Source of the DNA: Fimicolochytrium jonesii
Lineage: Eukaryota
DNA length: 64,000 bases
Direction: 5' to 3'
Assembly: GCF_025526975.1 (NCBI RefSeq)
Contig: NW_026515668.1
Coordinates: 1,240,001 to 1,304,000 of the forward strand
Below are positions 14,011 to 24,453 of the stretch, one piece after another. Within the stretch, counting starts at the first letter, position 1. The number at the start of each line of letters is the position of its first letter. A model generated the notes under the pieces. That model worked only from the letters and a program-made list of their open reading frames with translations. It was not told where the DNA came from and did no database searches. Both the position numbers and the translations under genes were made by a program.

Positions 14011-14042
14011 TGAGCGGGTTGAGCGGGTGTGTCGAGGGTCGA
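14011..14042 (+). repeat. Left arm of an inverted repeat bracketing island 1 (partner 29589-29625)
   Basis: TGAGCGGGTTGAGCGGG-TGTGTCGAGGGTCGA equals the reverse complement of 29589-29625 apart from a 5-nt insertion (TTGAG) in the right arm. Confidence 0.8.
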
Positions 14043-15191
14043 AGGTCAAGACTGTCAAAGACTGTCAAGACGAAAGTTGAGCTCAAATTCGAAAGTGTGG
14101 CAAAAATTGCGCTTCCCCTACGTAATTAGGGAAACGGCGCACGACTTGGCTCTTCCGTCGTTCGCCAGAATCACACCAAGGGAACGCTTATATATCTTCC
14201 CATTACTATTATGGCACCTCACAAAGGGTGTGGTGGTATGGTGACCCAGCAGCAACGACGCAAACGAGAAGCTCCTCATGCCATTGTTCACAGCATGGCT
14301 ATCGAAATTCAGCATACCCACACCAGTGACACCACCGTGCCAGGCCAGAGCTATGAGCAACTTACGATAGAGGAGTTTTCTGCGGTGGCCACTGTCAGCT
14401 CACAGATGATTGCTCAAGCCAATTCCCACTTTGCTGCATTACATACATCTGCGAACGGTTGACGAGAACCTATCCCCTTCTCACATCAGGAGAATGTGGG
14501 TCCTGATAGCCTCTCTACTTCACGAGTCGAACATTGCGCAAACCGCTTCCAGCAACATTCGCAACGGGGATATTGGAGGCAACGCTGCTTACCTCACAAA
14601 CAAACATACAGTATCTAACAGTGGAATTACACCCTTCTGGTACTGGAATTGCATTCTGATAACACTGGCGCTTGGCACAGTTGAATCTTGCTTTCCCTGC
14701 AGACGTGCAGGTCGCGAGTTCAATTCCCACTCCCAGACAACTTCTTTGTTCAGATTATGACGCCTGTCGCGCTAGGCGCGGCGTGGTAACTACTGTCGCG
14801 CTCGGCGCTTCGTGGGTGTTAACTGAACAGCACAACTACAATAAGTACCGCAACAGAAAGCTACCTTAACCAATCCTCAAGTCCTTACCCGCTCTCAGCT
14901 CGAGCCACGACCACTTTTGCTCTGCCTCACGCTCCTTTTCGTTTTATTCCTCCCATTTCACACAGCCCAATCTCGGCGCTCTGGGGAAACCACCAACCTC
15001 GCAGTTTTCGTTTCCTGGCGCTTCTTTGCGGTCATCAACCTCCCAAGAAGCTTACTCCTCACTCACAACGGCGTGGGCACAAAACAAGAAGGTAATTCAA
15101 TCTCATTTCCCGCAGCGTCGAGGAAAATATTGTCACCAACTCTCCCCAGAACCAGTTCAGTTCAGTTCACAATGGTTCAGTTCAGTTCACA

Positions 15192-17171
15192 ATGGTCAAG
15201 CCTTGCCCTAAAACCCGAGCCGTCCAGCGGCGACGGTTGGGTTCTAGACGCAGCACCCGCAGCGGCACTCGGAGGCGCAACAACGCAGCTTCCTCGAACG
15301 GTAACGGCGGTGCTGGTGCGAACGGGGATGGCAGCGGTGGCACTGGCGATGGCAGCGGTGCGAACGGCGATGGCAGTGACAATGGTGGGAATGGCAACGG
15401 CGAGAGTGACAACGGCAAGAGTGGCAACGGCAGTGACAATGGTGGAAACGGCAACGTCAGCGACAATGGTGGGAATGGCAACGGCGAGAGTGACAACGGC
15501 GAGAGTGGCAACGGCAGTGACAATGGTGGGAACGGCAACGGCGGTGATGGCAACGCCGAGAGTGGCAACGGCAGTGACAACGGTGCGAACGGCAACGGCA
15601 GCGACAATGGTGGGAATGGCAACGGCGAGAGTGGCAACGGCGGCGGGGGCGACAATGGTGCGAACGGCGGCTCCAACGGCGGCTCGAACTTCAGCATCGG
15701 CGGGTGCATCAACATGTCCATCTCCAACACCCTCAACGAAGACAACATCCGTAACCGCCTTCGCCCGCGTAGAGTCCGAGTTCAGTATACGAAGGAGGTA
15801 GAAATCAACCTGGACCTTGATCTTGAAGAAGCCGACTTTGAGTACGGTTATGAAGACGGCAATGACGACGACAGCGACTACGAAGGCTGTGGAGGGAAAA
15901 GGCAGAGGGGAACCGTGAAGGAAAAAGAAAAGACTTCAAAGCGCAGAAGGATCCCTTCTGGCCCCGCTCTCCCAGAGATGGAAGCCAGTGTTCTCTTTTC
16001 CCGTAAAATGCGCGAATACCTCTGCAACGAGGTAGTGCGTGCCGTTGAGAACAGTGTTTGGATCTTTGACGACGTAGCGTTGAGTGAGCTGGCTGCGAAA
16101 CCGAAGAATACTGACTGCACCAACTCCAGCATTGAGGGTTTGGACGATATCGAAAGTGGGAGGGAGCCGTCAATTGGAGTGGACAAGGATGGGGATGCGT
16201 TGTTCATGTTCCTCCCTGGAATCATTGGGCCGGTGTGGCAGGCGGGGTTCGTGAAGGCAGCCGGAAAGGTGGTGACGAATAGGAAGGAGGAGGATTTTGA
16301 GAAGCTGTCAAAGGATGTTCGACACCGCCACCAGCCAACGGATGCCAACGATGTCACCAGCAAAAAAGCCACCATGCACATCGGAGTGTGGCAGACTATG
16401 TATGGGGACGTTATGACTGCACGCGCATGCACCGAATCGGGCCCTGCCCAGTGCGACACCTATCACTTCATCCGTGATCCCAGTGTTGAACGCATCAACT
16501 GGCTCCTCGGCGAGGCTCTTCGCCTTACCGACCCCATCGCCCATTACCGTCTCACTCAATCGATGACCCACCTCAGGCCGGATTTGAAGCACTTCTGGGC
16601 TGGTACTAGGGCCCCCCGAGTCAATGCCATGAATGTTTTGGTAGCGAACCACCAAATTGCACCTCATCACGATAAACGCGACATTCCTTACGGCTGGGCA
16701 CCGATGTGCTGCTTTGGGACTTTTACGAAAGGTGGAAGATTTTGCCTTCCCGATCTCGGTATCATGCTGCCTTACCGCCCCGGAGATATTTTGCTCATTT
16801 GCAGTCAGGCTCTGGAACACTTTGTGGAGACGTGGGCTTCAGACCCTGCCGACCCACGGTATGCATTCTTGCAGTTTACTCATCAAAAGGTGTTTGAGCT
16901 TGGGTTGGAAGGTTTCAAGAACTTTCACAACAACCGGGAGTTGGACGGAGAGCTCGCTGCGGAGATGGTCAGCAGTCGCTGGCCTCACCTGCCCCCCATG
17001 TGCAAAGGGAATGGTCATCATATGAAGATGGACGAAGAGGAGCTGGAGTTGCAGAAGGAGGAGGGCAAGAAGTGGTTGGCGGATAAGGAAAGGAAGGGCC
17101 GGAAGAAGATGAAGCTGGAGGTGAATACCGAGATGAAGACGGAGGAGATGATGAAGTTGGAGTACCACTAG
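15192..17171 (+). CDS. TET/JBP-family 2-oxoglutarate/Fe(II) dioxygenase with a G/N/S/D-rich N-terminal repeat
   Basis: Intronless 659-aa ORF. DSBH motifs: HHD (16665-16673), GWAPMCCFGTFTKGGRFCLPDLGIMLPYRPGD, distal His in LEHFV (16818) and Arg in PRYAFLQFTH (16857). This pattern is characteristic of fungal TET/JBP proteins. Confidence 0.85.
   Translation: MVKPCPKTRAVQRRRLGSRRSTRSGTRRRNNAASSNGNGGAGANGDGSGGTGDGSGANGDGSDNGGNGNGESDNGKSGNGSDNGGNGNVSDNGGNGNGESDNGESGNGSDNGGNGNGGDGNAESGNGSDNGANGNGSDNGGNGNGESGNGGGGDNGANGGSNGGSNFSIGGCINMSISNTLNEDNIRNRLRPRRVRVQYTKEVEINLDLDLEEADFEYGYEDGNDDDSDYEGCGGKRQRGTVKEKEKTSKRRRIPSGPALPEMEASVLFSRKMREYLCNEVVRAVENSVWIFDDVALSELAAKPKNTDCTNSSIEGLDDIESGREPSIGVDKDGDALFMFLPGIIGPVWQAGFVKAAGKVVTNRKEEDFEKLSKDVRHRHQPTDANDVTSKKATMHIGVWQTMYGDVMTARACTESGPAQCDTYHFIRDPSVERINWLLGEALRLTDPIAHYRLTQSMTHLRPDLKHFWAGTRAPRVNAMNVLVANHQIAPHHDKRDIPYGWAPMCCFGTFTKGGRFCLPDLGIMLPYRPGDILLICSQALEHFVETWASDPADPRYAFLQFTHQKVFELGLEGFKNFHNNRELDGELAAEMVSSRWPHLPPMCKGNGHHMKMDEEELELQKEEGKKWLADKERKGRKKMKLEVNTEMKTEEMMKLEYH
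15290..15690 (+). repeat. Coding low-complexity tandem repeat (GNGSDNGGNGNGES-type units) in the TET/JBP N-terminus
   Basis: Repeated GGCAACGGC/GACAATGGTGGGAATGGCAACGGCGAGAGT units. Confidence 0.9.
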
Positions 17172-18848
17172 GATCGCGTTGCATCACACTGTATGTAGAA
17201 AGTAGCAGTGTTTATATATATAGTAGCGTGTACTAGGAGCGGTGTATATTTTACAATCACACTTTACATTTCACGATCACGGTGGAAGTAGGAAGCGTAT
17301 GATCTTGGTGAGAAGGGTTTGTCCCAAATTGTCCTTCCCCCACGCGTCAGATGGACATAGCAAATAAGTGGCAGTCATCGGTCACCGTCCAGGTCCTGCC
17401 CAGGTCCGGGTTGACGTTAGGGTACCTCTATCCAAGATCGGTTTGTCGGTGGCCGTAGGAGGTTGTTGAGCCATCGATTCTTGAACCCAGCCTACTCCGA
17501 TGGAATGGTTGTTGTCCCTGGGTGATATGTTGGGTAAGCCAGCAACCGCTGGAGTAGATATACCACACCAACTTGGCCCAGGATATACGACCTTCCGCCG
17601 GCAATGCCATGACGCTCCTCTCTCTCCAGTGGAGCTCCTCTCCAGTGGAACGCTCAAATTCCACCTCAAACGTCCCCTGAACCGCCACCAAGCCGACTCT
17701 ACCGTCCCAACCAGTGGCACTGGCTCTCCCGTTGCCCACCTAACCTCGCCACTGCCTTGGCCGTCCTTCGACAACAATTCGAATGACCGACAACAGTAGA
17801 AGAATCCTCAACGGGCGACGCCGGTCTCAACATGCGATGCCGGTCTCAACATGCGACGCTGATGCCAACACATCCTTCAGTAGCGCGCGATGGACCCACT
17901 CAGGATGACTCCAGCGCGCCGGCGCCTCCAAACCTACGACGAATTTCTATGCGAGACAGTAACAAACGCAGCTTCACCGACAAATAAGCAACCTCCCATG
18001 GTAGTCCATTGTACTCCGTTCCCACCGTTGGAGGAGCAGGCAGTCGAAGAGCAGTGCCACCCAGATACCTGCCGTGTCCAGAGTTGCCGTGCGTGAGGAG
18101 TGTTAAGGAATGCTCGCGCCCTGGCTTGCGCCGGGTTATCGCGCGCCGCTCCAGAAAGGACTCCACACTACGGGACACGTGTGTTTGAATAACTCCTCCG
18201 TAACAGATGCATACTTCTGTATGCATGCATACGCACCCGTTTATGCATGCATATGGTCCATCACGTATTGCAGATCCATAATGCATATATACTGATGCCC
18301 ATTCCCCATTCCCCATTCCGTGCACATGCATTCCCCGTTCCCCAACACAATCACGAAACAAGGAAAATGCTGGTCATAAGTTCGCGTACGTTGATGACTC
18401 AATGACTTGATTATTGACGTGCCTTCTGCAGCATTTATCGATCCGCAATTAGGCATCCGCAATACGGCTCGTCTTCTGAAACATCGATATCACAATCACG
18501 TCCTTGCCCGCCATTTTCCTCTGGCACTGCCGCACCTTCCTACCGTTCTTCCGCTGTCACCGGGTCTTTCCCTCATCCGGCACATCAGCAGCAGCTACCC
18601 AGGAACCAACCCTTCCCACAAACCATATTGTGCTGCTGTCATGGATACCATGGAACCAATTTCAATGATTCCAATTCCTGATGGTATGTGCCGAAAGACA
18701 TTACTAGTATTAGAAACTGTCGAATTCCGGGTACAGTAAGCCAATTATTGACGTGCCTTCTGCAGGATTCTTCAACGCAATTAGGCGAGCAGTCCGCTCA
18801 GCACTTGCTTCGGTTTTCTGCGTCTCCAGTGCATTGAAGCAACGCAGC

Positions 18849-18934
18849 ACCGCTGAATCGCCTGAATGCACACCTGAATCGCCTGAATGCACCGCTGAAT
18901 CGCCTGAATGTACCGCTGAATCGCCGGAATCGCC
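18849..18934 (+). repeat. 21-bp minisatellite, about 4 copies
   Basis: Unit (ACCGCTGAATCGCCTGAATGC) repeated with minor variants. Confidence 0.85.
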
Positions 18935-18947
18935 TTAACCGCCCGTC

Positions 18948-19400
18948 ATGCTTGGCAACAAGCAATTCAAACGCAAAGCTGTTCCGCAACGTACCCGACT
19001 CTACGGTCAATCTACTCCTACTTCCACGGCCGGCCAGAAGCTTACCCATGCCGACTTGAAATGGCTCCTGCAGGAACAACAGGACAACTTTAGAGCCATG
19101 TTCAACAACTTTCTATCACCGCTTGGTGATACCATCGGTCCGCTCGTGAGGGATATCATTCAGGATGAACTACGTTCGCAATTGGGCAGGACTCCGGTGA
19201 ACCTCACCAACATGACAGCCAGCACTTCAGCCACTTCAGCGGCACGACCAAATGCAACCAAACCCGCCAGGAGAGTACCGAAGGGGCTCAATCAGTTAGT
19301 CAAAGAGTTCCTCAATGGCTTTATACCTGGGTATTCAAGTCTCACACCCGCCGACGTGACCAAGTATGGCGCTGGAAACACGGGGCCAGGCAGCTGCTGA
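18948..19400 (+). CDS. Hypothetical protein or fragment within island 1
   Basis: 150-aa ORF with an amphipathic/coiled-coil-like stretch (LKWLLQEQQDNFRAMF...IIQDELRSQL); no family recognised; may be a decayed element gene. Confidence 0.3.
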   Translation: MLGNKQFKRKAVPQRTRLYGQSTPTSTAGQKLTHADLKWLLQEQQDNFRAMFNNFLSPLGDTIGPLVRDIIQDELRSQLGRTPVNLTNMTASTSATSAARPNATKPARRVPKGLNQLVKEFLNGFIPGYSSLTPADVTKYGAGNTGPGSC

Positions 19401-20038
19401 CCGACCTCACCAATCCTCATCGAACAAGGCCACAGTTCGCGGCAGTAGAGGACGCCATCTCGAGCTTCATGGACTATGAGCCCAGATACGCCAGCATAGT
19501 CTCGCCAAAGTGACTGACGAACTCCTCTTGGTTGTCCGCAACCGACTCACCAATATGAAAGCTGGGCGAATCAAGGTGAAGTCTTAGTCAAGGGGACGAT
19601 GTTGATGACGAGTAGGCCTCATCTACACACAGGTATGTAGTAAGACAGACGACTCCGTTCTCAGCTTTTATTCACTGGTGTGATTCATCTAGGCAATTGG
19701 TGCGGGAATCGTATATACCCCATCGTGAAAACTTCTATCCCCAGTACTACCACAAGGTTGGAGGTCCATGGAATCTACGTCAAGTGGCTCGGAGGCGTCG
19801 ATGTCAAACAAGTCAACGTCTACAAGCTAAGGCATTCCACGTTATTGACCGGATGCGTTTTTAGATGTATATGAACATGTACATAGCAATTGTGGGTCTT
19901 TACAATGTTTTGTTTGCTCATGCATACGTATGCATATGGGAACGTTTATGCATATATTGAGGCTGTTACTCACGCATGTACTGTATATATATACCACGCA
20001 CTTCGGCTAGGGTGCAGTTTAGTGGGGTTTGCCCCCGT

Positions 20039-20567
20039 TGTTATGAATGGGCGGAGCCGATGGAAATAGAGGCGACTTGTGGTGCAGGTTGTTGACAGGT
20101 AATGGTATTCAGACCGAAACAAGAACTAGAACAAGACTAGGAAGAACTGGTGTTGATCTGCTGGGGATCAGGAAGTGGGGAGCTCAGGGGAGGCGGCTAT
20201 TTATGTTTTTCTGGGAAGGCTGGGGAAGCGTGGGGAAGCAGAAGGGTACGGAATGAGAGGGAAGCCAAGAGAAGCGCCAAGGGTGGGGAAGCATAGAAAC
20301 AGAAGACTGGGGATGGGGTGGCTACGCTGAGGCTGTGGGCGGGTACGTGGGGAAGTATGGAGAAGGGTTTGTAAGCGCCGAGTGTTGGGAGGTGTGGCTA
20401 CGTGCGGCTGCGTGGAGAAATTAAGGCAGTGGCAGGTGTGGGGTAGCGCGGCTGCGTGCGGCTGCGAGGTTTGGCAGATGTCAGGTTTTGACAGGGAATT
20501 GACATTGACTGACTGTTGGGATGCTGTCATGAGGTAAGCGCATGGTATGGACGCGTCGTCCATAACA
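20039..20567 (-). repeat. 3' LTR (529 bp)
   Basis: TGTTATGAA...CATAACA; matches 25386-25914 with one visible C/T difference. Confidence 0.97.
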
Positions 20568-20581
20568 TCACCCCCTCCTTT
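20568..20581 (-). other. Polypurine tract
   Basis: AAAGGAGGGGGTGA on the minus strand, immediately before the 3' LTR. Confidence 0.85.
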
Positions 20582-23500
20582 AGCCACGGCGTCCGGATGT
20601 TGTTTTGATGTTGGCAGGCTTTGGTCGGGGTTTGTCGGGGTACTTTTGGTGGAACTGGGCAACAAGCTCTTGACATCGGGCAAGGTGATCCACTGGCTCC
20701 CATGTGTTCTCCGAGCTTGGCCAACCCTGCCACTTGATGAGGTACTGAAGGTGCGTGCGTCGAATACGGGAGTCAAGAATGTCTTCCACAATCCATTCCT
20801 CCTGTCCTTCGACTTCTTCTGGTGGGGTGGGTTCTGGCTCAGTTCGCTCCGGAATGGTGAAACGTGGTTCAAGAAGGGAGACATGGAAGACGTTGTGAAT
20901 TTTGTAGGATGGGGGAAGCTTGAGGCGATATGTGACCGAGTTGATCTTCTCTGTGATTGTGAAGGGGCCAATCTTACGGTGATCAAGTTTCTGGGAAGGT
21001 CGGAGAGTCTTGAGATTCCGCTGTAAGAGCCAGACACTGTCCCCGGGTTTCATGTCTGGGCCAGGTGCCCTCTTAGCATCGGCAAAGCGCTTCATGCGTC
21101 CTTGGGCCTCCTTGAGCTCAGTGGCAAGCTGTTCATGGATTTCCTTGAGATGGTTGGCACGAGCTTCGGCTGCAGGATTAAGGGATTCGGTTGTGGTGGC
21201 GGAAGCCAGACTGAATCGAGGATGGAACCCATAGTTGGCGTAGAAGGGGGTTGTCTGGGTGGCGGAGTGGATGGTGTTATTGTAAGAGAACTCAGCAGAA
21301 GACAAGAGTTCCTTCCAGTTATCTTGTTGATAGTTGCAAAAGCAGCGAAGGTATTGCTCAAGAATCTGATTGGTCCGCTCGGTTTGTCCATCGCTCTGGG
21401 GATGGAACGCCGATGAGAGGTTGACCTTGGTTCCCAGGAGAGCGAAGAGATGTTTCCAGAAGTGGGAGTTGAACTGTGGGCCACGGTCAGATACAATATC
21501 GTCGGGGAGTCCATGGAGCCGGATGACATGGTGCCAGATCAGATCTGCAGTTGACTCAGCGGTGGCAGTTTTCCTGCACGGTACAAAGTGCGCCATCTTG
21601 GTGAACCGGCAGATGACAACGAGCACAGAATCAACCCCATCACTGGCGGGTAGATCCGTGATGAAGTCCATGGAAATTGACCCCCAGGGGCGGTCAGGGA
21701 CCTGCAGGGGTTGGAGGAGACCGTAGGGCTTGTGTCTGCTGGTCTTGGCTTGAGCACATACGTCGCAGGACCTGATGTAGGACTTGACAAAACGCCACTG
21801 GCTAGGCCACCAGTAGTTGCGTGAGATGAGCTCCAGGGTCTTTGACATGCCGTAGTGTCCTGCCAAACGCGTGTCATGCATGTCCCGGCAGATCTCAGCA
21901 CGGAGCTTGTTGGTGGGGACGTAGACAAGGTTGTCGTACAGCAGAACCCCATTTTCCTCGGAGAATCGCTTTATCCGTTCTTGGTCTTCTTGAGATTGCT
22001 GGGCAGTGGGGGCCCTAAGCTGTCGCCGGATGGTTTGCGCAAACACATCGGATGCCAGGGCAGCTTTGATTTGGTCAAGGAGCAAGGAGTCCAGTGGGGT
22101 CAGATAAGTGGCGGCCAGGCGGAGATGGTCAGGGGTGAGGATCGTGGTTTCCTGGGAGCGGAATGCTTCTTCCCCCTTCCCTTAGCTCGTATTCAGAGCG
22201 ACGAGAGAGGGCGTCAGCTTGGTGTTGCTGGGTACCAGGGCGGTATGTGATGACAAAGTCGAAATCAGCAAAGAAGATTGACCAGCGGGATTGGCGGCGG
22301 TTGAGGGTACGGGAAGTCATGAAGTACTGGAGGTTCTTGTGGTCACAGTAAACGATGACCTTGTGGCGGGCACCAATGAGGTGGTGTCGCCATTGAGCAA
22401 ATGAGTCTTGGATAGCCAGGAGTTCCTTGTCGTAGATCTCATAGTTGATTTCCTCAGGAGTAAATTTGCGGGAGTGAAAGGCTACGGGGTGGAGTTGATC
22501 TGTGTCATCGGGTTGAAGGAGGACGGCGCCAAGGGCAAAGTCGGAGGCATCGGATTCGACAATGAAAGGCTTGTCAGGGTCGGGGTGAGTCAGGATAGGT
22601 GCGGAGGTGAAGGCTTTCTTGAGGGTTTCAAAAGCTAGGTGTGCAGCGTGGGTCCATTTGAATGGCAAGTCTTTGCGAGTGAGCGTGGTCAGGGGTGCAA
22701 CGATCGCAGAGTACCCTTTGATGAATCGCCGGTAGAAGTTGGCAAAACCAAGGAAGCGCTGGATGCCTTTGACATTCGTCGGGGGTTCCCATTCGGTAAT
22801 GGCAGCCGTCTTCTTTGGGTCCATGGAAATGCCTTGCTGGGAGATGATAAACCCCAGGAACTCAACAGAGTCACGGTTGAATTCGCATTTTTCCGGTTTC
22901 GCATACAGCCCGTGCTGGCGGAGTCGTGAGAGCACCTCTCGGACGTGGTTGGGGTGGTCTTCTGGGTTTTTTGAGAAGATCAGAATGTCGTCAAGGTAGA
23001 CCACAACAAAAACGTCGAGAATGTCACGGAAGATTTCGTTCATGAGGTGTTGGAATACTCCAGGGGCATTGGTGAGCCCAAACGGCATGACATTATACTC
23101 GAATAGGCCGTAGCGACATCGGAACGCTGTCTTCCATTCATCCCCTGGCCGGATCCGAAGAAGGTTGTAGGCTCCCCGGAGGTCAATCTTGGTGAGCCGG
23201 CGTGCCCCTCGAAGACGATCCATGATGCTGTTAATCAAGGGCAAGGGATAGCGATTCTTGATGGTGATATTGTTGAGTCCACGATAGTCGACGCACAGAC
23301 GGAGGGAACCGTCCTTTTTCTTGACAAAGAGGACTGGGGCACCGGCGGGAGACTTGGAGTGCTTGATGAACCCCTTAGCTAGGTTCTCTTCAAGGTAGTC
23401 ACAGAGTGCCTGCATTTCAGGCTCGCTGAGACTATAGATCGGGCCGAACGGTGGCTGTTTGCCCTCTTCTAAGTCGATGGGACAGTCGTAGGGTCGGTGC

Positions 23501-24453
23501 TCTGGGAGGGTATCCGCGTTCTTCTTGGCGAAGACGTCCGCAAAATCTTGGTATTCTTCAGGAATGATGGCCTTCGGATCTTTTGGAGGAGTGGTCGCCA
23601 GGGCTTGGGAATCTGACCTGGTCGGATTGGCGTAGGCAATGAATGCCTGGTCCTGCCTTGCCGCCACACGGAAAGCTGGGGCGCTGATAAACGATACGTG
23701 GATCGGTGTGGGTGCTGGGTCCAGTGTGTTGGGTGTCTGGGCTAGGGAGACTGAAATCTCGTCTTGATGGATACGGATCAGAGGTTCAGGGGTTTTTGAG
23801 GGCTTCGGGCTAGGTTCTGTTGGCAGGGCATCCCAGGAGGCGTATTGTCCAAAACCGCAATGGCAGCGGACGCAAAGAGTGCGAGTCTTCCAGTGTAGCT
23901 CCACATCATGGAGCTCAAACCAGGGAAGCCCCAGGATGATTGGCGCATGCGGGGAACATGTCACATGGAATACCACCTCCTCAAAATGGTCGTTGACCCA
24001 CATGCCCAAAGGTTGGGTGTGATGGGTAATGGAGCCCGCATGGCTGGGACGTCCGTCAACCAGTTCAAGCGCAATGGGGTCCTCCTTCTTGACAAGTGGG
24101 ATGCGGTGCTTGCGGGCATAACTTTCGTTGATGAAGCACGACATCGCACCGGTGTCGAGTAGTGCTGAAAGCTGAACTGGAGCTCGCTGGGCCGATATCT
24201 GCAGGGTAACAGGGTACTCGAATGGTGAGGATGGGCCCAAAGTCCGCATGGGTGAGGGTATCTCAGATAGGAGATTGACATTGTTGGTGGTCAGGAGAAG
24301 GGTGTTGCTGGAGATGCCAGGATCGAAGCAAGGTTTTGTGGCTTCTCCCTTGGCAGTACTTGCGTGGTGAGAAGGCCCAGGACAGGTGTTGCCCAGCTGC
24401 TCGGCCTTTACTGCAGCTGGACTTGGGCAAAATCCTGGATGGGTGCAGGTTCC
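20580..24453 (-). CDS. pol: Pol polyprotein (protease, RT, RNase H, integrase, chromodomain); one +1 frameshift near 22172-22176
   Basis: ALLDTGA (PR), LCVDYRGLN and YLDD (RT), ESDASD/DHKNL (RNase H), H-x5-H...CDVC plus SMDFI/SDRG/QTER (IN), EEWIVEDILDSR...YLIKWQGWPSSENTWEP (chromodomain). The frame is open upstream to 24453 and overlaps gag. Confidence 0.95.
24372..24435 (-). promoter_or_regulatory. Predicted -1 ribosomal frameshift signal (G GAU UUU plus H-type pseudoknot)
   Basis: Slippery GGATTTT (24435-24429), 6-nt spacer, stem 1 GTCCAGCTGC/GCAGCTGGGC, loop AAGGCC pairing with downstream GGCCTT; pol is in the -1 frame relative to gag. Confidence 0.75.

Noticed and set aside
14917..15801. 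294-aa (+) and 188-aa (-) ORFs as independent genes
   Set aside because: They are alternative frames kept open by the stop-free low-complexity repeat of the TET gene; only the 15172 ATG is noted as possibly regulatory.
17300..19900. KDZ or Plavaka transposase next to the TET gene
   Set aside because: I looked for CxC clusters and catalytic motifs and found only short unrecognisable ORFs.
20201..21037. 278-aa ORF, and similar ORFs at 25548-26030 and 59748-60185, as an env or extra gene
   Set aside because: They run through LTR sequence or an alternative frame of the integrase and have no protein motifs.
22165..22180. Programmed frameshift between RNase H and integrase
   Set aside because: Not a known Ty3/gypsy strategy at this position; a single extra G in a homopolymer explains it.
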